A stretch of DNA of 64,000 nt from Candidatus Woesearchaeota archaeon (GCA_019323515.1 JAHWHG010000007.1:148603-212602); one strand, 5' to 3'; counted from the stretch's first letter, positions 38,065 to 48,306 are shown. A program made the numbers and translations. The notes: generated from the sequence alone by a model not told the origin.

Positions 38065-38688
38065 ATGAACAAAATCTTTTATGCCATATTGTTAGTTACT
38101 GCGTTTTTTCAAGTAATTGGAAGCTTCATTGGCTCAATCTGTCATCGGAAGTTCAAAAAAAGACAAAACATTCTTATCATAATCGAAACCCTTCTAATGA
38201 CAATAATATCTATAGAATTGATATATTTTGGAATTACAACAGAACCAATGTCATACCTTGGAGTGATTGCCGGATTAGGAGCGCTTACTCTCTTAAGCTG
38301 GTTCATACCCCACAAGCATTCGGACAAACTGTCTAGGATTAGCTTACTTGTGTTTATAGCAATGTGCTTACACGAACTGCCAGAGGGCATTGCATTTGCC
38401 TCAAGCTACTTATTCAATAAAAATATTGGGATAGCAACCGCGATTCTTATGGCTTTGCATAATATTCCAGAAGGAATCATTGTCACTCTCCCATATATGA
38501 TGAAGAACAAGCTAAAGCAAGGATTCTTAGCAGTGGTTATTACACAATTATTATACATCATCGGCGCTGTCTTTACATTCATATTCCTGCTTAAATATTC
38601 ACCAAAGATACATGCATTTATGATGTCATTTGCTGCTGGTGCAATGCTTTATGTGATTGTTGAAGAAGTTAGTCTGATTAAGAGATAG
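38065..38688 (+). CDS. ZIP (ZupT/GufA) family metal transporter
   Basis: LHELPEGIA, LHNIPEG, AAGAMLYVIVEE; multiple TM segments. Confidence 0.9.
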   Translation: MNKIFYAILLVTAFFQVIGSFIGSICHRKFKKRQNILIIIETLLMTIISIELIYFGITTEPMSYLGVIAGLGALTLLSWFIPHKHSDKLSRISLLVFIAMCLHELPEGIAFASSYLFNKNIGIATAILMALHNIPEGIIVTLPYMMKNKLKQGFLAVVITQLLYIIGAVFTFIFLLKYSPKIHAFMMSFAAGAMLYVIVEEVSLIKR

Positions 38689-38705
38689 TTATATTTTTCC
38701 TGTTC

Positions 38706-41315
38706 TTACTTTTTTCTTCCTTTATCTAACTCAATCTTAGCCCTCACCATACTATGCATTCTTTTCAAGAACTCAAGCTTATCATCTGCTCTCAAGACAT
38801 CAGAATAACCCTGTATAATAAGATTAAAGGCAAATGGACTAGGCACTTTAACATTAAACTCTTTTAACTTAAGATCCTTGTTCTCTACCCATTTAAGGAC
38901 TTTAACAGCATTGGAAATATCCATTAAATCCTCTAACACCTCCCTCTTAGCCTCTTTAAGTATACAGAAATCTTCAGAAATCCTTTTGACAGCATTCAAA
39001 AGTATCATAGAACTCACCTGCTGCCTTCCCACTCTTTTCTTTCTACCTTTATAACTTCTGAGTATCATCAAAGCCCTTCCTGCACAATGCCTAAACCTTC
39101 TCTTCAAAACTTCAGAACCATCTAAAGCCCTCTCAAGCACCTTTCTAAAATCCTTAGACTTAAGAAGCTCAAAAGCCTTCAAAACATTAACAGACTTATC
39201 ACTACCTACATAAAACCCATTATCACTTATCCCAATCTCAACATCCCTATGCTGTGTCCTTGAGATTGCAAAAGCAACAGCCCTTGACAAAGCATCATTA
39301 ACCCTTCTACCTAAATTAGTATGAAATATATTATAAGTCCTCTGATTGTCATTATACTTCTCAACAACCAACCATTTAAGGTTAGGTATTCCAAGATAGT
39401 CATACTGCTCTCGCATATAATTGTAAATAGCCTCAGCTGCTTTATTATCAACATAAAGGAAATCATGGATAAACTTCAAAACTTCCTGCTTAGGAACATT
39501 ATGGTTAAACTTATCCTGCATAAGGTATTTAAATTTAGAAATCTCTACACCCAAATCAAACGACAAGGGTAACATCTCTGAAAACCATGATGGAACTGTT
39601 GGCTTCTTACCAGTAGCAGAGTTCACCTGTGCAACCATACCTCTTGCATAATTGAATTGATAAGTATCCCCACCAAGTACAAATATATCACCCTTCTTCA
39701 ATCTCTCAAGAAACCCTTCGTCAATTGTACCAATAGTCTGCACACCAATCTTAACTGCAACACCATGCTGGTCAGGAATAGTACCAATATTAGTCATGTA
39801 AAGAACTCGTGCAAGCTTACCTCTCCGACCTATCTTACCATCTTCCTGCCAAATCTTAGCGTAGATGTTCCTATCCTCTAACTTTGAAAACTCACCTGCA
39901 AGATAATCAATTACCTCATTAAAATCAGCTCGACTCAAGTACTTATAACAATAACTCCCTTTCACAAGCGTAAAAAGTTCCTTTTTCTCAATTACGCCAT
40001 TTATTGCTATACCAAATATCTGCTGTGCAAGTACATCTAAGCAATTAGTAGGTATATGCAATCTGTCAATCTTTTTCTCAATTGCATTCTTTAGAAGTAC
40101 AGAACATTCAACCAAATCATCCCTGTCCATCACAATTATTCTTCCTTTTACTGTCTGGTGAAGCCTGTGACCTGCTCTACCTGCTCTTTGCAAAAACCTA
40201 GCAACACTTTTAGGCGAACCTAAACAGATAACAAGGTCAATATAACCAATATCAATGCCTAACTCAAGAGAAGTACTGCACACAACTGCCTTAAGTTCTC
40301 CCTTTCTCAGGGATTCCTCAATCTTAAGCCTATGCCTTTTTGACAATGAACCATGGTGCGCTCCTATAAGAGTTGAAACCTTCTCAGGAGGCCCTTCATC
40401 AATCTCATAATATTTCTTTGGGAATTTAGACTTAAGATGATGTACAACCCTCTCTGTTCCAGAACGAGTATTTGTAAATATCAAAGTAGTTTTATGTTTA
40501 TGTATAAGATCATCAATCAACTCATAAGTCTTCCTACTCAATGTCTCATAATCAGTGTTTATCAAATCATCAACAGGACTCACTACCCTTAAATCCAAGT
40601 TTTTGATAAACTGTACATCAACTATTTTACAGGACCTATCATTACCTACCAAAAACTTAGCAACCTCTTCCAATGGAGAGACTGTAGCTGATAACCCAAC
40701 CCTGCAAAGTCCAGGTGATAATCTTTGTAAGCTTTCCATTGATAACGATAGATGAACCCCTCTCTTATTCTCAGCAAGTGCATGGATTTCATCAATTATA
40801 CACCAGTCAACTCTTGAAAGATGCAACCTGAACTTAGGACTGCAAAGAAGAATTGCCAAAGACTCAGGTGTAGTGATAAGTATATGTGGAGGGTTCTTAG
40901 TCATCTTGGAACGTTCAGTTTGTGTAGTGTCACCTGTCCTAACACCAATCCTTATTCCAAGTTCCTTACCATTAATCTTTTCAATCTCAGCCAAAGGCTC
41001 AACAAGATTCTTGTAAATATCATTAGACAGTGCCTTTAAAGGTGAAATATAAACACAATAGGTTTTATCCTCAAGTATACCTTTCTGCGCTGAATCAACC
41101 AGTTCATTCAATATTGAAAGAAAACCTGTCAAAGTCTTTGTAGCACCAGTTGGAGCTGAGACCAAAATATTATTCCTTGAATGGATTTCCATAACTCCAA
41201 AAAGCTGTGGCAATGAAAAAGACTTGAACCTACTGAAAAACCAATCCTTAACAAAAGGATTAAGGACATTATTCAATTGTTCTTCAGTATTTGGCTTTTT
41301 TTTGTAGCTTATCAT
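38706..41315 (-). CDS. lhr: Lhr-like SF2 helicase (archaeal type)
   Basis: APTGATKT, YISPLKAL, TTPESL, IDEIH, GLSAT, AHHGSLS, STSLELGIDIG, QRAGRAGH, winged-helix region. Confidence 0.93.
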   Translation of the reverse strand: MISYKKKPNTEEQLNNVLNPFVKDWFFSRFKSFSLPQLFGVMEIHSRNNILVSAPTGATKTLTGFLSILNELVDSAQKGILEDKTYCVYISPLKALSNDIYKNLVEPLAEIEKINGKELGIRIGVRTGDTTQTERSKMTKNPPHILITTPESLAILLCSPKFRLHLSRVDWCIIDEIHALAENKRGVHLSLSMESLQRLSPGLCRVGLSATVSPLEEVAKFLVGNDRSCKIVDVQFIKNLDLRVVSPVDDLINTDYETLSRKTYELIDDLIHKHKTTLIFTNTRSGTERVVHHLKSKFPKKYYEIDEGPPEKVSTLIGAHHGSLSKRHRLKIEESLRKGELKAVVCSTSLELGIDIGYIDLVICLGSPKSVARFLQRAGRAGHRLHQTVKGRIIVMDRDDLVECSVLLKNAIEKKIDRLHIPTNCLDVLAQQIFGIAINGVIEKKELFTLVKGSYCYKYLSRADFNEVIDYLAGEFSKLEDRNIYAKIWQEDGKIGRRGKLARVLYMTNIGTIPDQHGVAVKIGVQTIGTIDEGFLERLKKGDIFVLGGDTYQFNYARGMVAQVNSATGKKPTVPSWFSEMLPLSFDLGVEISKFKYLMQDKFNHNVPKQEVLKFIHDFLYVDNKAAEAIYNYMREQYDYLGIPNLKWLVVEKYNDNQRTYNIFHTNLGRRVNDALSRAVAFAISRTQHRDVEIGISDNGFYVGSDKSVNVLKAFELLKSKDFRKVLERALDGSEVLKRRFRHCAGRALMILRSYKGRKKRVGRQQVSSMILLNAVKRISEDFCILKEAKREVLEDLMDISNAVKVLKWVENKDLKLKEFNVKVPSPFAFNLIIQGYSDVLRADDKLEFLKRMHSMVRAKIELDKGRKK

Positions 41316-41385
41316 GTCAAAACCACACAGTTCTAACTATCTAAACACCTCAATTAGAACTAAACTTATAAACATAATCTGGAGT

Positions 41386-41401
41386 TGTCCTGTGTCCAGT
41401 G
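41386..41401 (-). promoter_or_regulatory. Conserved 16-bp heptad-repeat motif, copy 1 (upstream of lhr)
   Basis: Plus strand TGTCCTGTGTCCAGTG, 15/16 identical to 45864-45879; 13 nt upstream of a minus-strand TTTATAAG. Confidence 0.55.
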
Positions 41402-41478
41402 TATAATACCTAAGAATGCTTTATAAAGGTTTCGTAGAACTTCAACACATAAAACCAGCACCAAAAATAAGACTAAAA

Positions 41479-42114
41479 CTACCTGCTTATCTCGACACCT
41501 ACTTTCTTGCACCACTTACATATTGGACACTTGCTACAAATAGGAGAAATCGGCCTGCAGGTAGCCTTCCCATGCCTTACCATCAACTCATTGAACATCA
41601 TCCAATACTTTCTTGGCAAATTCTTCCTAAGCACCATCTCAGTTTCTTCAGGATTCTTTGTCTCTATCCAACCTATCCTATTAGGAATCCTATGCGCATG
41701 TGTATCAATAGCCAATCCCTCCTTATCATGCCCATAAGTTACCACAATATTAGCAGTCTTTCTTCCAACACCTTTCAGCTTCAGAAGTTCATCAATTGTA
41801 TCTGGAACCTTATCCTTATAATCCTCATGGATTACTCTAGCAATATCTTTTATCCGCTCAGCTTTAGTCTTATAAAACCCAACAGGATAGATAAGCTTCC
41901 GTATCATACCTAAATCCAGATTCATCAATTCCTTAGGAGTCCCCGCTACTTTAAACAACCTTCTTGATGCAACATAAGTAACCTCATCCTTAGTACGAAG
42001 TGACAATATACAGGATATCAAAACCTGGAATGGATTAGAATCACCATGCTCTTTGAACTTAGTAATAGGATAACGTTCCTCTAGCTTTTTGAAGATTATT
42101 GCGACGTTTTTCAT
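41479..42114 (-). CDS. nth: Endonuclease III
   Basis: PFQVLISCILS, HhH LKGVGRKTAN, AIDTH, 4Fe-4S CRPISPICSKCPICKWC; ATG 42114 overlaps the upstream stop. Confidence 0.95.
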   Translation of the reverse strand: MKNVAIIFKKLEERYPITKFKEHGDSNPFQVLISCILSLRTKDEVTYVASRRLFKVAGTPKELMNLDLGMIRKLIYPVGFYKTKAERIKDIARVIHEDYKDKVPDTIDELLKLKGVGRKTANIVVTYGHDKEGLAIDTHAHRIPNRIGWIETKNPEETEMVLRKNLPRKYWMMFNELMVRHGKATCRPISPICSKCPICKWCKKVGVEISR

Positions 42115-42875
42115 TTCTTTGCACTTTTCCATTTAGTATTAAAATATTTAAGTGCTCTATCTCTAAATCTAAGATTCTTAATCTTAATTATTATTGGATC
42201 ATCCCCCCACAAAGCAAGCAAGATAGTATCTTTAAATATCATCATCCCCCAAGGGAATTCTTCATCTAGATATCTTAAAGAATAAGTTTTTTGGTTAGAA
42301 TAGAAAGATTTCCAGATTTTCCTCACTCCAGATGAACCTAAACCTTGGAGATGACACTTTTTCTCTTCAACAAGATTATTGATTTTAAGATAAAAATCAT
42401 GAACAGATTTATCCTCCTGAAACTCTGAGGGCAGACCAATAAATTGTGCAGTCTGACCTTTACTCAATTTTTCATACTCCTCAAGATAAGCAGTCTGAAA
42501 ACCTTTCCTTCCACGAAAAACTTGTACATCAGTCTTTTGTTTAGCTAATTCCTTTTGAAGTTTCAGTTTTGGGAGTAATTTATTAATTTCTTTCTTCCTT
42601 TCATCAATCTGTTTCTTTTGATCCTCTAAAAAATTTAAAAAAACTTCTGGTTCAGCTGCCTGATAATGTTTAATTTTCCCGACCATGACAAAACTAACCA
42701 AACCTTTCTCAATTAACTTATTTAAGTTATTATGGACAACAGAAGACTGTAAGTTCGTTTGCTCAATGATGACTCCGACCTTTGTTATACCTACTTCTAT
42801 CAGTGTTAAATAGATTATAGACTGCGCATTAGATAACCCTGCAGATTCTAGTGTTTTCACATCGGATTCCTTCAT
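42111..42875 (-). CDS. TrmB-like transcription regulator
   Basis: N-terminal wHTH GLSNAQSIIYLTLIE...LIEKGLV..YQAAEP, coiled coil, VQVFRGRKG. Confidence 0.85.
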   Translation of the reverse strand: MKESDVKTLESAGLSNAQSIIYLTLIEVGITKVGVIIEQTNLQSSVVHNNLNKLIEKGLVSFVMVGKIKHYQAAEPEVFLNFLEDQKKQIDERKKEINKLLPKLKLQKELAKQKTDVQVFRGRKGFQTAYLEEYEKLSKGQTAQFIGLPSEFQEDKSVHDFYLKINNLVEEKKCHLQGLGSSGVRKIWKSFYSNQKTYSLRYLDEEFPWGMMIFKDTILLALWGDDPIIIKIKNLRFRDRALKYFNTKWKSAKK

Positions 42876-42915
42876 ATAACTTTAAAGGGAATAGGACTTT
42901 ATAAAACTTACTAAA

Positions 42916-42938
42916 AACTCTCCTTATGAAGGAGAGTT
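42916..42938. promoter_or_regulatory. Perfect 10-bp inverted repeat between divergent TATA boxes
   Basis: AACTCTCCTT-atg-AAGGAGAGTT, between TTTATAAA (42898-42905) and TTTATATA (42943-42950). Confidence 0.55.
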
Positions 42939-42974
42939 AATCTTTATATAATTTAAGAATTCACCAAAATTACA

Positions 42975-43385
42975 ATGAAAAAACTAACATCAATACTAGC
43001 AGCATTGGCATTAACATGCTCTGCATGTGGAGAAAGGCCAAGCGACACTTGGATAGAGAACAAGATCAGAAGCAACATTGAAAGAAAGAATCAAGCAAGA
43101 TGCATAGAGATAAGGTATTCACCAATTTCCAGTAGCGCTAATGTATTTAGCAGAAGATACTATGACTATGATGGAGACGGCAAGACAGTTGAGCAATATA
43201 TTGTTATCGGAGAATTTCCTATTATGATTAGATGGAACGCTGTACGCCCAGGAAAAAAACCAAGGTTTGACCCACGAAACGTCCTTAGATGTCAGAGATA
43301 TATGACAAAGGAAGAACAACAAAGATTCGATAAAGAATACCAAGACCTTATAAAAAGTTTTGACTGGGGAACAAAGCCTAAATAA
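42975..43385 (+). CDS. Hypothetical exported lipoprotein-like protein
   Basis: MKKLTSILAALALTCSACG signal with Cys; DYDGDG motif. Confidence 0.65.
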   Translation: MKKLTSILAALALTCSACGERPSDTWIENKIRSNIERKNQARCIEIRYSPISSSANVFSRRYYDYDGDGKTVEQYIVIGEFPIMIRWNAVRPGKKPRFDPRNVLRCQRYMTKEEQQRFDKEYQDLIKSFDWGTKPK

Positions 43386-43980
43386 ACTCATCCAACCTCC
43401 TACACTTCATAAACTTCCTCCTCTCCATAGCCAAACCTTCATTATTATGGTATTTCTTAGGTATGTTCTTCAGAAAAAGCCTAACATTCTTCCTCTGCTT
43501 GATAAAGTTAGCATCGTAAAGATTCTCCCAGGACAGTTCATCAAATTCAATCAAATCCTTCAACATGTTGTTCTCAGGCAAAGTCTTCTCCATCATCCTG
43601 ACAACCTTCATCATCCTTTCTTTAGTCTTAACAAAACCAGACTCATGCGAATTAATAAAAGTCCCCCTTCTGCTTTCCAAGAGAATCACAAACAGAGGAA
43701 ACCTTGATAAAAACCAATCAGCAACCATATCTTCTATCTCATGCTCAGGATCAATCCTCCCATAAATAATACCATGCTTTGAAATCTTCAGCCTAGAAAA
43801 AGCTCTGCACCTCTGATAATCATTAGCAACCTGCCTATGTAAAGAATATAAGCTATTAGACTCTTTAGTCGCTTTGTTAAGTACAAGGGCTTCATCCTGC
43901 TCACAAACAGCTTCCCATAACTTCTCTGTAAACTTAGCATGCCTTGATGCAAGCTCAAAATTCTCCATCACACAATTCAT
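43378..43980 (-). CDS. DUF4130 (TIGR03915-like) DNA-metabolism protein
   Basis: YGRIDPEHEI, WFLSRFP, LWE/LYD..FIKQRKNVRLFLKNIPKKY; coupled to the rSAM gene. Confidence 0.8.
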   Translation of the reverse strand: MNCVMENFELASRHAKFTEKLWEAVCEQDEALVLNKATKESNSLYSLHRQVANDYQRCRAFSRLKISKHGIIYGRIDPEHEIEDMVADWFLSRFPLFVILLESRRGTFINSHESGFVKTKERMMKVVRMMEKTLPENNMLKDLIEFDELSWENLYDANFIKQRKNVRLFLKNIPKKYHNNEGLAMERRKFMKCRRLDEFI

Positions 43981-45101
43981 GATACAAACTCACCTAACAT
44001 CTTTTGATGATATCCATCAATCTTTATGAAAGGTATTGCTCTTTTCAAGACAACACCCATATTATGAAGATGCTTCTTAGATATTATAGAACCAGACTCC
44101 TGTAACTCCAATATCCTCTTGGCATTCCTTGGACCAATGCCAGGTACCCTAATCAAATCATCCCAGCCTGCTTCGTTTACATCAACAGGACCATCAAAAT
44201 ACCTTCTTGCAAGAGCAATCTTAGGATCTTCTTTTGGCAGCATGCCATCATCCATTATATCCTTAAATTCATTAAGCTTAATGTAATACTTCCTCATCAT
44301 AAAATCTATATTATACAACCTGTGCTCTCTTAATAAGGGTTGTTTCTTCTTACCAGCAAGAGGAGTGTTCTCAACAGGCATAAAAGCTGAATAATACCCT
44401 CGTTTAAGCTTTATATTCTTATACTCCCAATCAATCATCCTCAGTATCTCAAGGTCAGTCTCATCCGAACCCCCAACAACAAGCTGGGTAGTCTGTCCTG
44501 AAGGAATCTTCATCCTCTTTAACCAAGCCTGCCTTCGCAATATATCAATCTTAAAATCCTTAACACTAGATATTTCAGAAAGTCGTGACTTATTTGGAGC
44601 TTCAAGATTAACAGACATCCTATCAGCAAACTCAGAAGCCTGCTTAATTAATTCATAAGAAGTCCCAGGCAGAACCTTAAAATGAATATAACCCTGAAAC
44701 TTATACTTGCTCCTAATCAAGTTAATGGCTTCAATCATCTGTTCTGTTGTAGAATCAGCATCCTTAACAACAGCAGAACTAAGGAAAAGACCTTCAACAT
44801 AATTCCTAACATATAATGACATAAAGGTCTTAGCCAGCTCATCTGGCTTAAAGGATGCTGGCTTCTTATTACAACCAGAAGCATTCTGGCAGTATTTACA
44901 ATCATGCGAACAAGCATTTGAAAAAAGGGTCTTATAGAGCGATATACATCTACCATCTTCAGTAAAAGAATGACATATACCACAACCAGCAGCGTTGCCT
45001 ATTCTATCATTTGTTTTAACCTTACGATTAGATGCAGAACTAGCGCAGCTGTCAAACTTGCTCGCATCAGCAAGCACCTTAACCTTTTCCAAGACATTCA
45101 T
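43977..45101 (-). CDS. Putative DNA modification/repair radical SAM protein (TIGR03916-like)
   Basis: GICHSFTEDGRCISL, NACSHDCKYC, GLFLSS, ADRMSVNLE, GQTTQLVVG, YYSAF, REHRLYNIDF, HhH VPGIG. Confidence 0.9.
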   Translation of the reverse strand: MNVLEKVKVLADASKFDSCASSASNRKVKTNDRIGNAAGCGICHSFTEDGRCISLYKTLFSNACSHDCKYCQNASGCNKKPASFKPDELAKTFMSLYVRNYVEGLFLSSAVVKDADSTTEQMIEAINLIRSKYKFQGYIHFKVLPGTSYELIKQASEFADRMSVNLEAPNKSRLSEISSVKDFKIDILRRQAWLKRMKIPSGQTTQLVVGGSDETDLEILRMIDWEYKNIKLKRGYYSAFMPVENTPLAGKKKQPLLREHRLYNIDFMMRKYYIKLNEFKDIMDDGMLPKEDPKIALARRYFDGPVDVNEAGWDDLIRVPGIGPRNAKRILELQESGSIISKKHLHNMGVVLKRAIPFIKIDGYHQKMLGEFVS

Positions 45102-45819
45102 CTTTCATCTTCTTATAACAGTACTCCATCAAAGGCTTCAGATTCATAATATCCTCCTCATTATATTGTACTAACAAATCCAAATATTCTTTATCTCCAG
45201 AAGCATGATAAGCTCTCCATAAATCAACAGGACTCCCTTTTAGGTGTCGCGGTCTTTTTATCCCAACTATTGGCTCAATATCTTTTAAACTACCCTTAAG
45301 TCCAAGCTTAGCAGATAAAAATCTAAGATCAATATGAGGAATCTTAGGGATAATATCAGAAAAATACCTTTTCATCACTGGAATATCAAAAACAGAACCA
45401 TTGAAAGTAACAATTAACTTATACTTTTTCAATTCCCTTTTAAGTAGCCTAAGGTCAAGATTAAAACCATGCACCATAACATTAGTATCTAATCCATCAA
45501 ATAAACCTATTACATTTATATCTCCCTGCCTATTCGCAATCTCAATATCTAAGAACAAAACTTCACTTTTAAAGAATTCATACAACCTCCATGTCTCAGT
45601 CGAGGGAAGCTTTCCTACAAAATAACTTGAATTGAAATTATATAAAGCGCTCTGTGCCTCCTTTAATTTCCTATCATAAAATCTCTTACGCTTATTAGAA
45701 AAACCCTTTATCTTACCAGAATCAATAAAGGACTTCCAATCAAAAACTCCATGATACCAAATATTCTGCTCAGATTTACCTGATACTTTATCCAAGAATA
45801 TAAATGACCTACGAATCAT
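45079..45819 (-). CDS. RNase H-like (YprB/RNase_H_2) exonuclease
   Basis: FLDIE, VTFNGSVFDIP, HIDL, SLKDIE, YNEED. Confidence 0.88.
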   Translation of the reverse strand: MIRRSFIFLDKVSGKSEQNIWYHGVFDWKSFIDSGKIKGFSNKRKRFYDRKLKEAQSALYNFNSSYFVGKLPSTETWRLYEFFKSEVLFLDIEIANRQGDINVIGLFDGLDTNVMVHGFNLDLRLLKRELKKYKLIVTFNGSVFDIPVMKRYFSDIIPKIPHIDLRFLSAKLGLKGSLKDIEPIVGIKRPRHLKGSPVDLWRAYHASGDKEYLDLLVQYNEEDIMNLKPLMEYCYKKMKDECLGKG

Positions 45820-45863
45820 ACGAAATTAACAAACAAATCCAGTTAAAATATCTTATCCGAGTA

Positions 45864-45879
45864 TGTCCAGTGTCCAGTG
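45864..45879 (-). promoter_or_regulatory. Conserved 16-bp heptad-repeat motif, copy 2 (upstream of the exonuclease-rSAM-DUF4130 operon)
   Basis: Plus strand TGTCCAGTGTCCAGTG; about 13-15 nt upstream of a minus-strand TATTTTAA. Confidence 0.55.
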
Positions 45880-45928
45880 CTCAAAATAAAAACAAAAGAA
45901 AAAGAATTACTAAAAAAGAAAAAGACAA

Positions 45929-48097
45929 TTATTTGTTACTCTTAGGTTTCTTTAACATAACCACAACTGCTACCACAATGATCAAAGTTAAAACTGCTAT
46001 TATTATAGCTGCAGTATTTGTCTTCTTCTCTACAACTTCTTCGACCTTTTCAGTAACAGAAGGGACTTCTGAAGGTTCAATATCTTCACTAGGAATTATC
46101 TCTGCCTCTTCTTCAGCAACCTCTTCAATGTCAGTACCTAAATCAATTACAATCTCTTCTGAAATAGCATTCATCTCAACCCTAACGCTTTGACCTTGTA
46201 TCTCAACTACATAAAAATCAATGTCATATACATCATCTTCATCAATATCAAGTTTCTCAGATTCACCTTCAGCAACTCTGAAAGTTTGAGAATCACTCTG
46301 GATTGTAAACTCAGCTACCTTATCAATGATTTTCATCAACTGCAGTCTATGGTAATAACCTTTATGATTAAAGCCATAAGCACCACCCTCAAGTATGCTA
46401 AACTTAAGAGGAGCATCTGCTGTTAATTTTCCTTGAAAGATTGTAGGTGCAGAACTCCTACTTGAACTAGTACTAGATGTAGTAGTTGAAGCAGCATCTG
46501 TAGTGAAGCTATTAGGACCAGTAGTGTTACAATTTCCTGCTTGGTCACAGCTAGTCACATTATAATAATAAGTTGTCTCAGCTGAAAGCGAACTCAAAGC
46601 AACACTATGACTTGTAACAAACGAAGTCGCTGTAGCAATAGTCCCTAAAGCAGTTGATGTACCATAATTCATAGTAGAGTTAGCTGATTCATCAGTTGTC
46701 CATGTGATGGTTGCTGCTGTATCTGAGGGATCACCAGAACTGACACTGCTAAGAGTAGGCTTAGTAGCATCATAAGTGAATGTCTTATTAGCGCTTGCAT
46801 AAGCACAATTACTGCTATTATCGCATGCCCTACAGTTCCAAATATAAGTCCCCTCAGGCATAGTCTTTGAAAAAGTACTATCAGTAGCATTTGTAGGACT
46901 TCCATCAGTCTCATTTGCATGCCAACTGCCTAAGTTAAGGTACAAAGTAACATTCGCCAGATTGACATTCTCTGTTGCACTACAATTAAGTGTGACTGAA
47001 GCTGAATTAGTAAAGTAACTATCATCAGGGTAAGTCAAACTAACAGTTGGTGCAGTGTTATCAGGTACTGGAGGAGAATAAGCAACACTAAAGGTAAAGT
47101 TAGTAGCATTCCATGCACAATTCCCACTAGGATCACAACAATGAGCATTCCAAAGATAAGCACCATTGCTTAAGCCATATACACTCCATGTAGCAGTTGT
47201 ACCACTTAAAGAACTATTCGTTCCATTTGAAGCCCAAGACCCAGACATGTTAGTCCATAAAGTACAGTTTGCAACAGTTCCAGGATCTGTTGCGCTTACA
47301 CTAAAAGTTGTGTCATTAGTGTTAGTAATTGATTGGCCATCTGTTGGATTTGTCAAACTTACAACAGGTACAGTTGAATCTGTAACAGTCACTGTCAAGA
47401 TAGTATAATTCTCATTACCGCTTGTATCATTAATTGTTATGTTCACAACATGAGCACCAAGAGACAATAAAGTTTTATTTGTGATAAAACCAGTATCATT
47501 AATTTCAAAGTTACTTGTATCATTTACTGAGTAAGTATCAAATGCAATTGCATCTGTCGCATTCACAATAAAAGTGAACTGAGTTGCATACTCAACACCA
47601 GTAGAATATGGAGGTATGTCTCCTGTGAAATAAGGAGCTTCATCATCTATAATATCAAAAACAACTGAAGCAAGCAATAGATTAAAGTGGTTAGTCTCAT
47701 TACTAACATTAATCAAAGCACTATTGTTAATGCCACTACTAATATTAATCGCAGTCATATTAACATACAGGCTAAATACCTCATTTGGCTCAATAATATA
47801 ATCACCAGAAGTATTTGTTACATTCTCCCAATATGCGGAGTTAGAGCCACCAGTTATATTAGGAACACTTGAACCAGCAAATTGAACGTATGAATTATCC
47901 CAGGTATCATTAATATGCACCAGAGTTATATTATCACTACCTGTATTAGTAATATTTATTCGAAACTCAATTGTTTCTCCTAAATGATATCCTGAACCCA
48001 GCACTGTCTTACTTACACTAAAAGAAAGCGCACCAACACCTGCTGCGCTGAACAGAAAACACATTACAAATATAATTACACCTTTTTTTTTCATCAA
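45929..48097 (-). CDS. Cell-surface glycoprotein with Ig-like/FN3-like domains and a C-terminal TM anchor
   Basis: Signal peptide, many NxS/T sequons, D.T.P.V.L..P repeats, ITWTTDE...YG...YYYNVTSCD, S/T linker, TM plus basic tail. Confidence 0.8.
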   Translation of the reverse strand: MMKKKGVIIFVMCFLFSAAGVGALSFSVSKTVLGSGYHLGETIEFRINITNTGSDNITLVHINDTWDNSYVQFAGSSVPNITGGSNSAYWENVTNTSGDYIIEPNEVFSLYVNMTAINISSGINNSALINVSNETNHFNLLLASVVFDIIDDEAPYFTGDIPPYSTGVEYATQFTFIVNATDAIAFDTYSVNDTSNFEINDTGFITNKTLLSLGAHVVNITINDTSGNENYTILTVTVTDSTVPVVSLTNPTDGQSITNTNDTTFSVSATDPGTVANCTLWTNMSGSWASNGTNSSLSGTTATWSVYGLSNGAYLWNAHCCDPSGNCAWNATNFTFSVAYSPPVPDNTAPTVSLTYPDDSYFTNSASVTLNCSATENVNLANVTLYLNLGSWHANETDGSPTNATDSTFSKTMPEGTYIWNCRACDNSSNCAYASANKTFTYDATKPTLSSVSSGDPSDTAATITWTTDESANSTMNYGTSTALGTIATATSFVTSHSVALSSLSAETTYYYNVTSCDQAGNCNTTGPNSFTTDAASTTTSSTSSSRSSAPTIFQGKLTADAPLKFSILEGGAYGFNHKGYYHRLQLMKIIDKVAEFTIQSDSQTFRVAEGESEKLDIDEDDVYDIDFYVVEIQGQSVRVEMNAISEEIVIDLGTDIEEVAEEEAEIIPSEDIEPSEVPSVTEKVEEVVEKKTNTAAIIIAVLTLIIVVAVVVMLKKPKSNK

Positions 48098-48306
48098 AAC
48101 CCTCCTTTTTATTTGATATGCCTTATAATGTTAGATTAAAAAGCACGTATTTGTTATCATCCAATGCTATTTATAACTCATTTTAAAAATACCCTTTATA
48201 AATATTTCGAAAAAGAACCCATAGCATATAAAACAACCCTTGTTTAAACAAAGTACATCCAAAAATTTATATAAAATCAGTGATGATGCACTCATGGGGT
48301 GATTAT

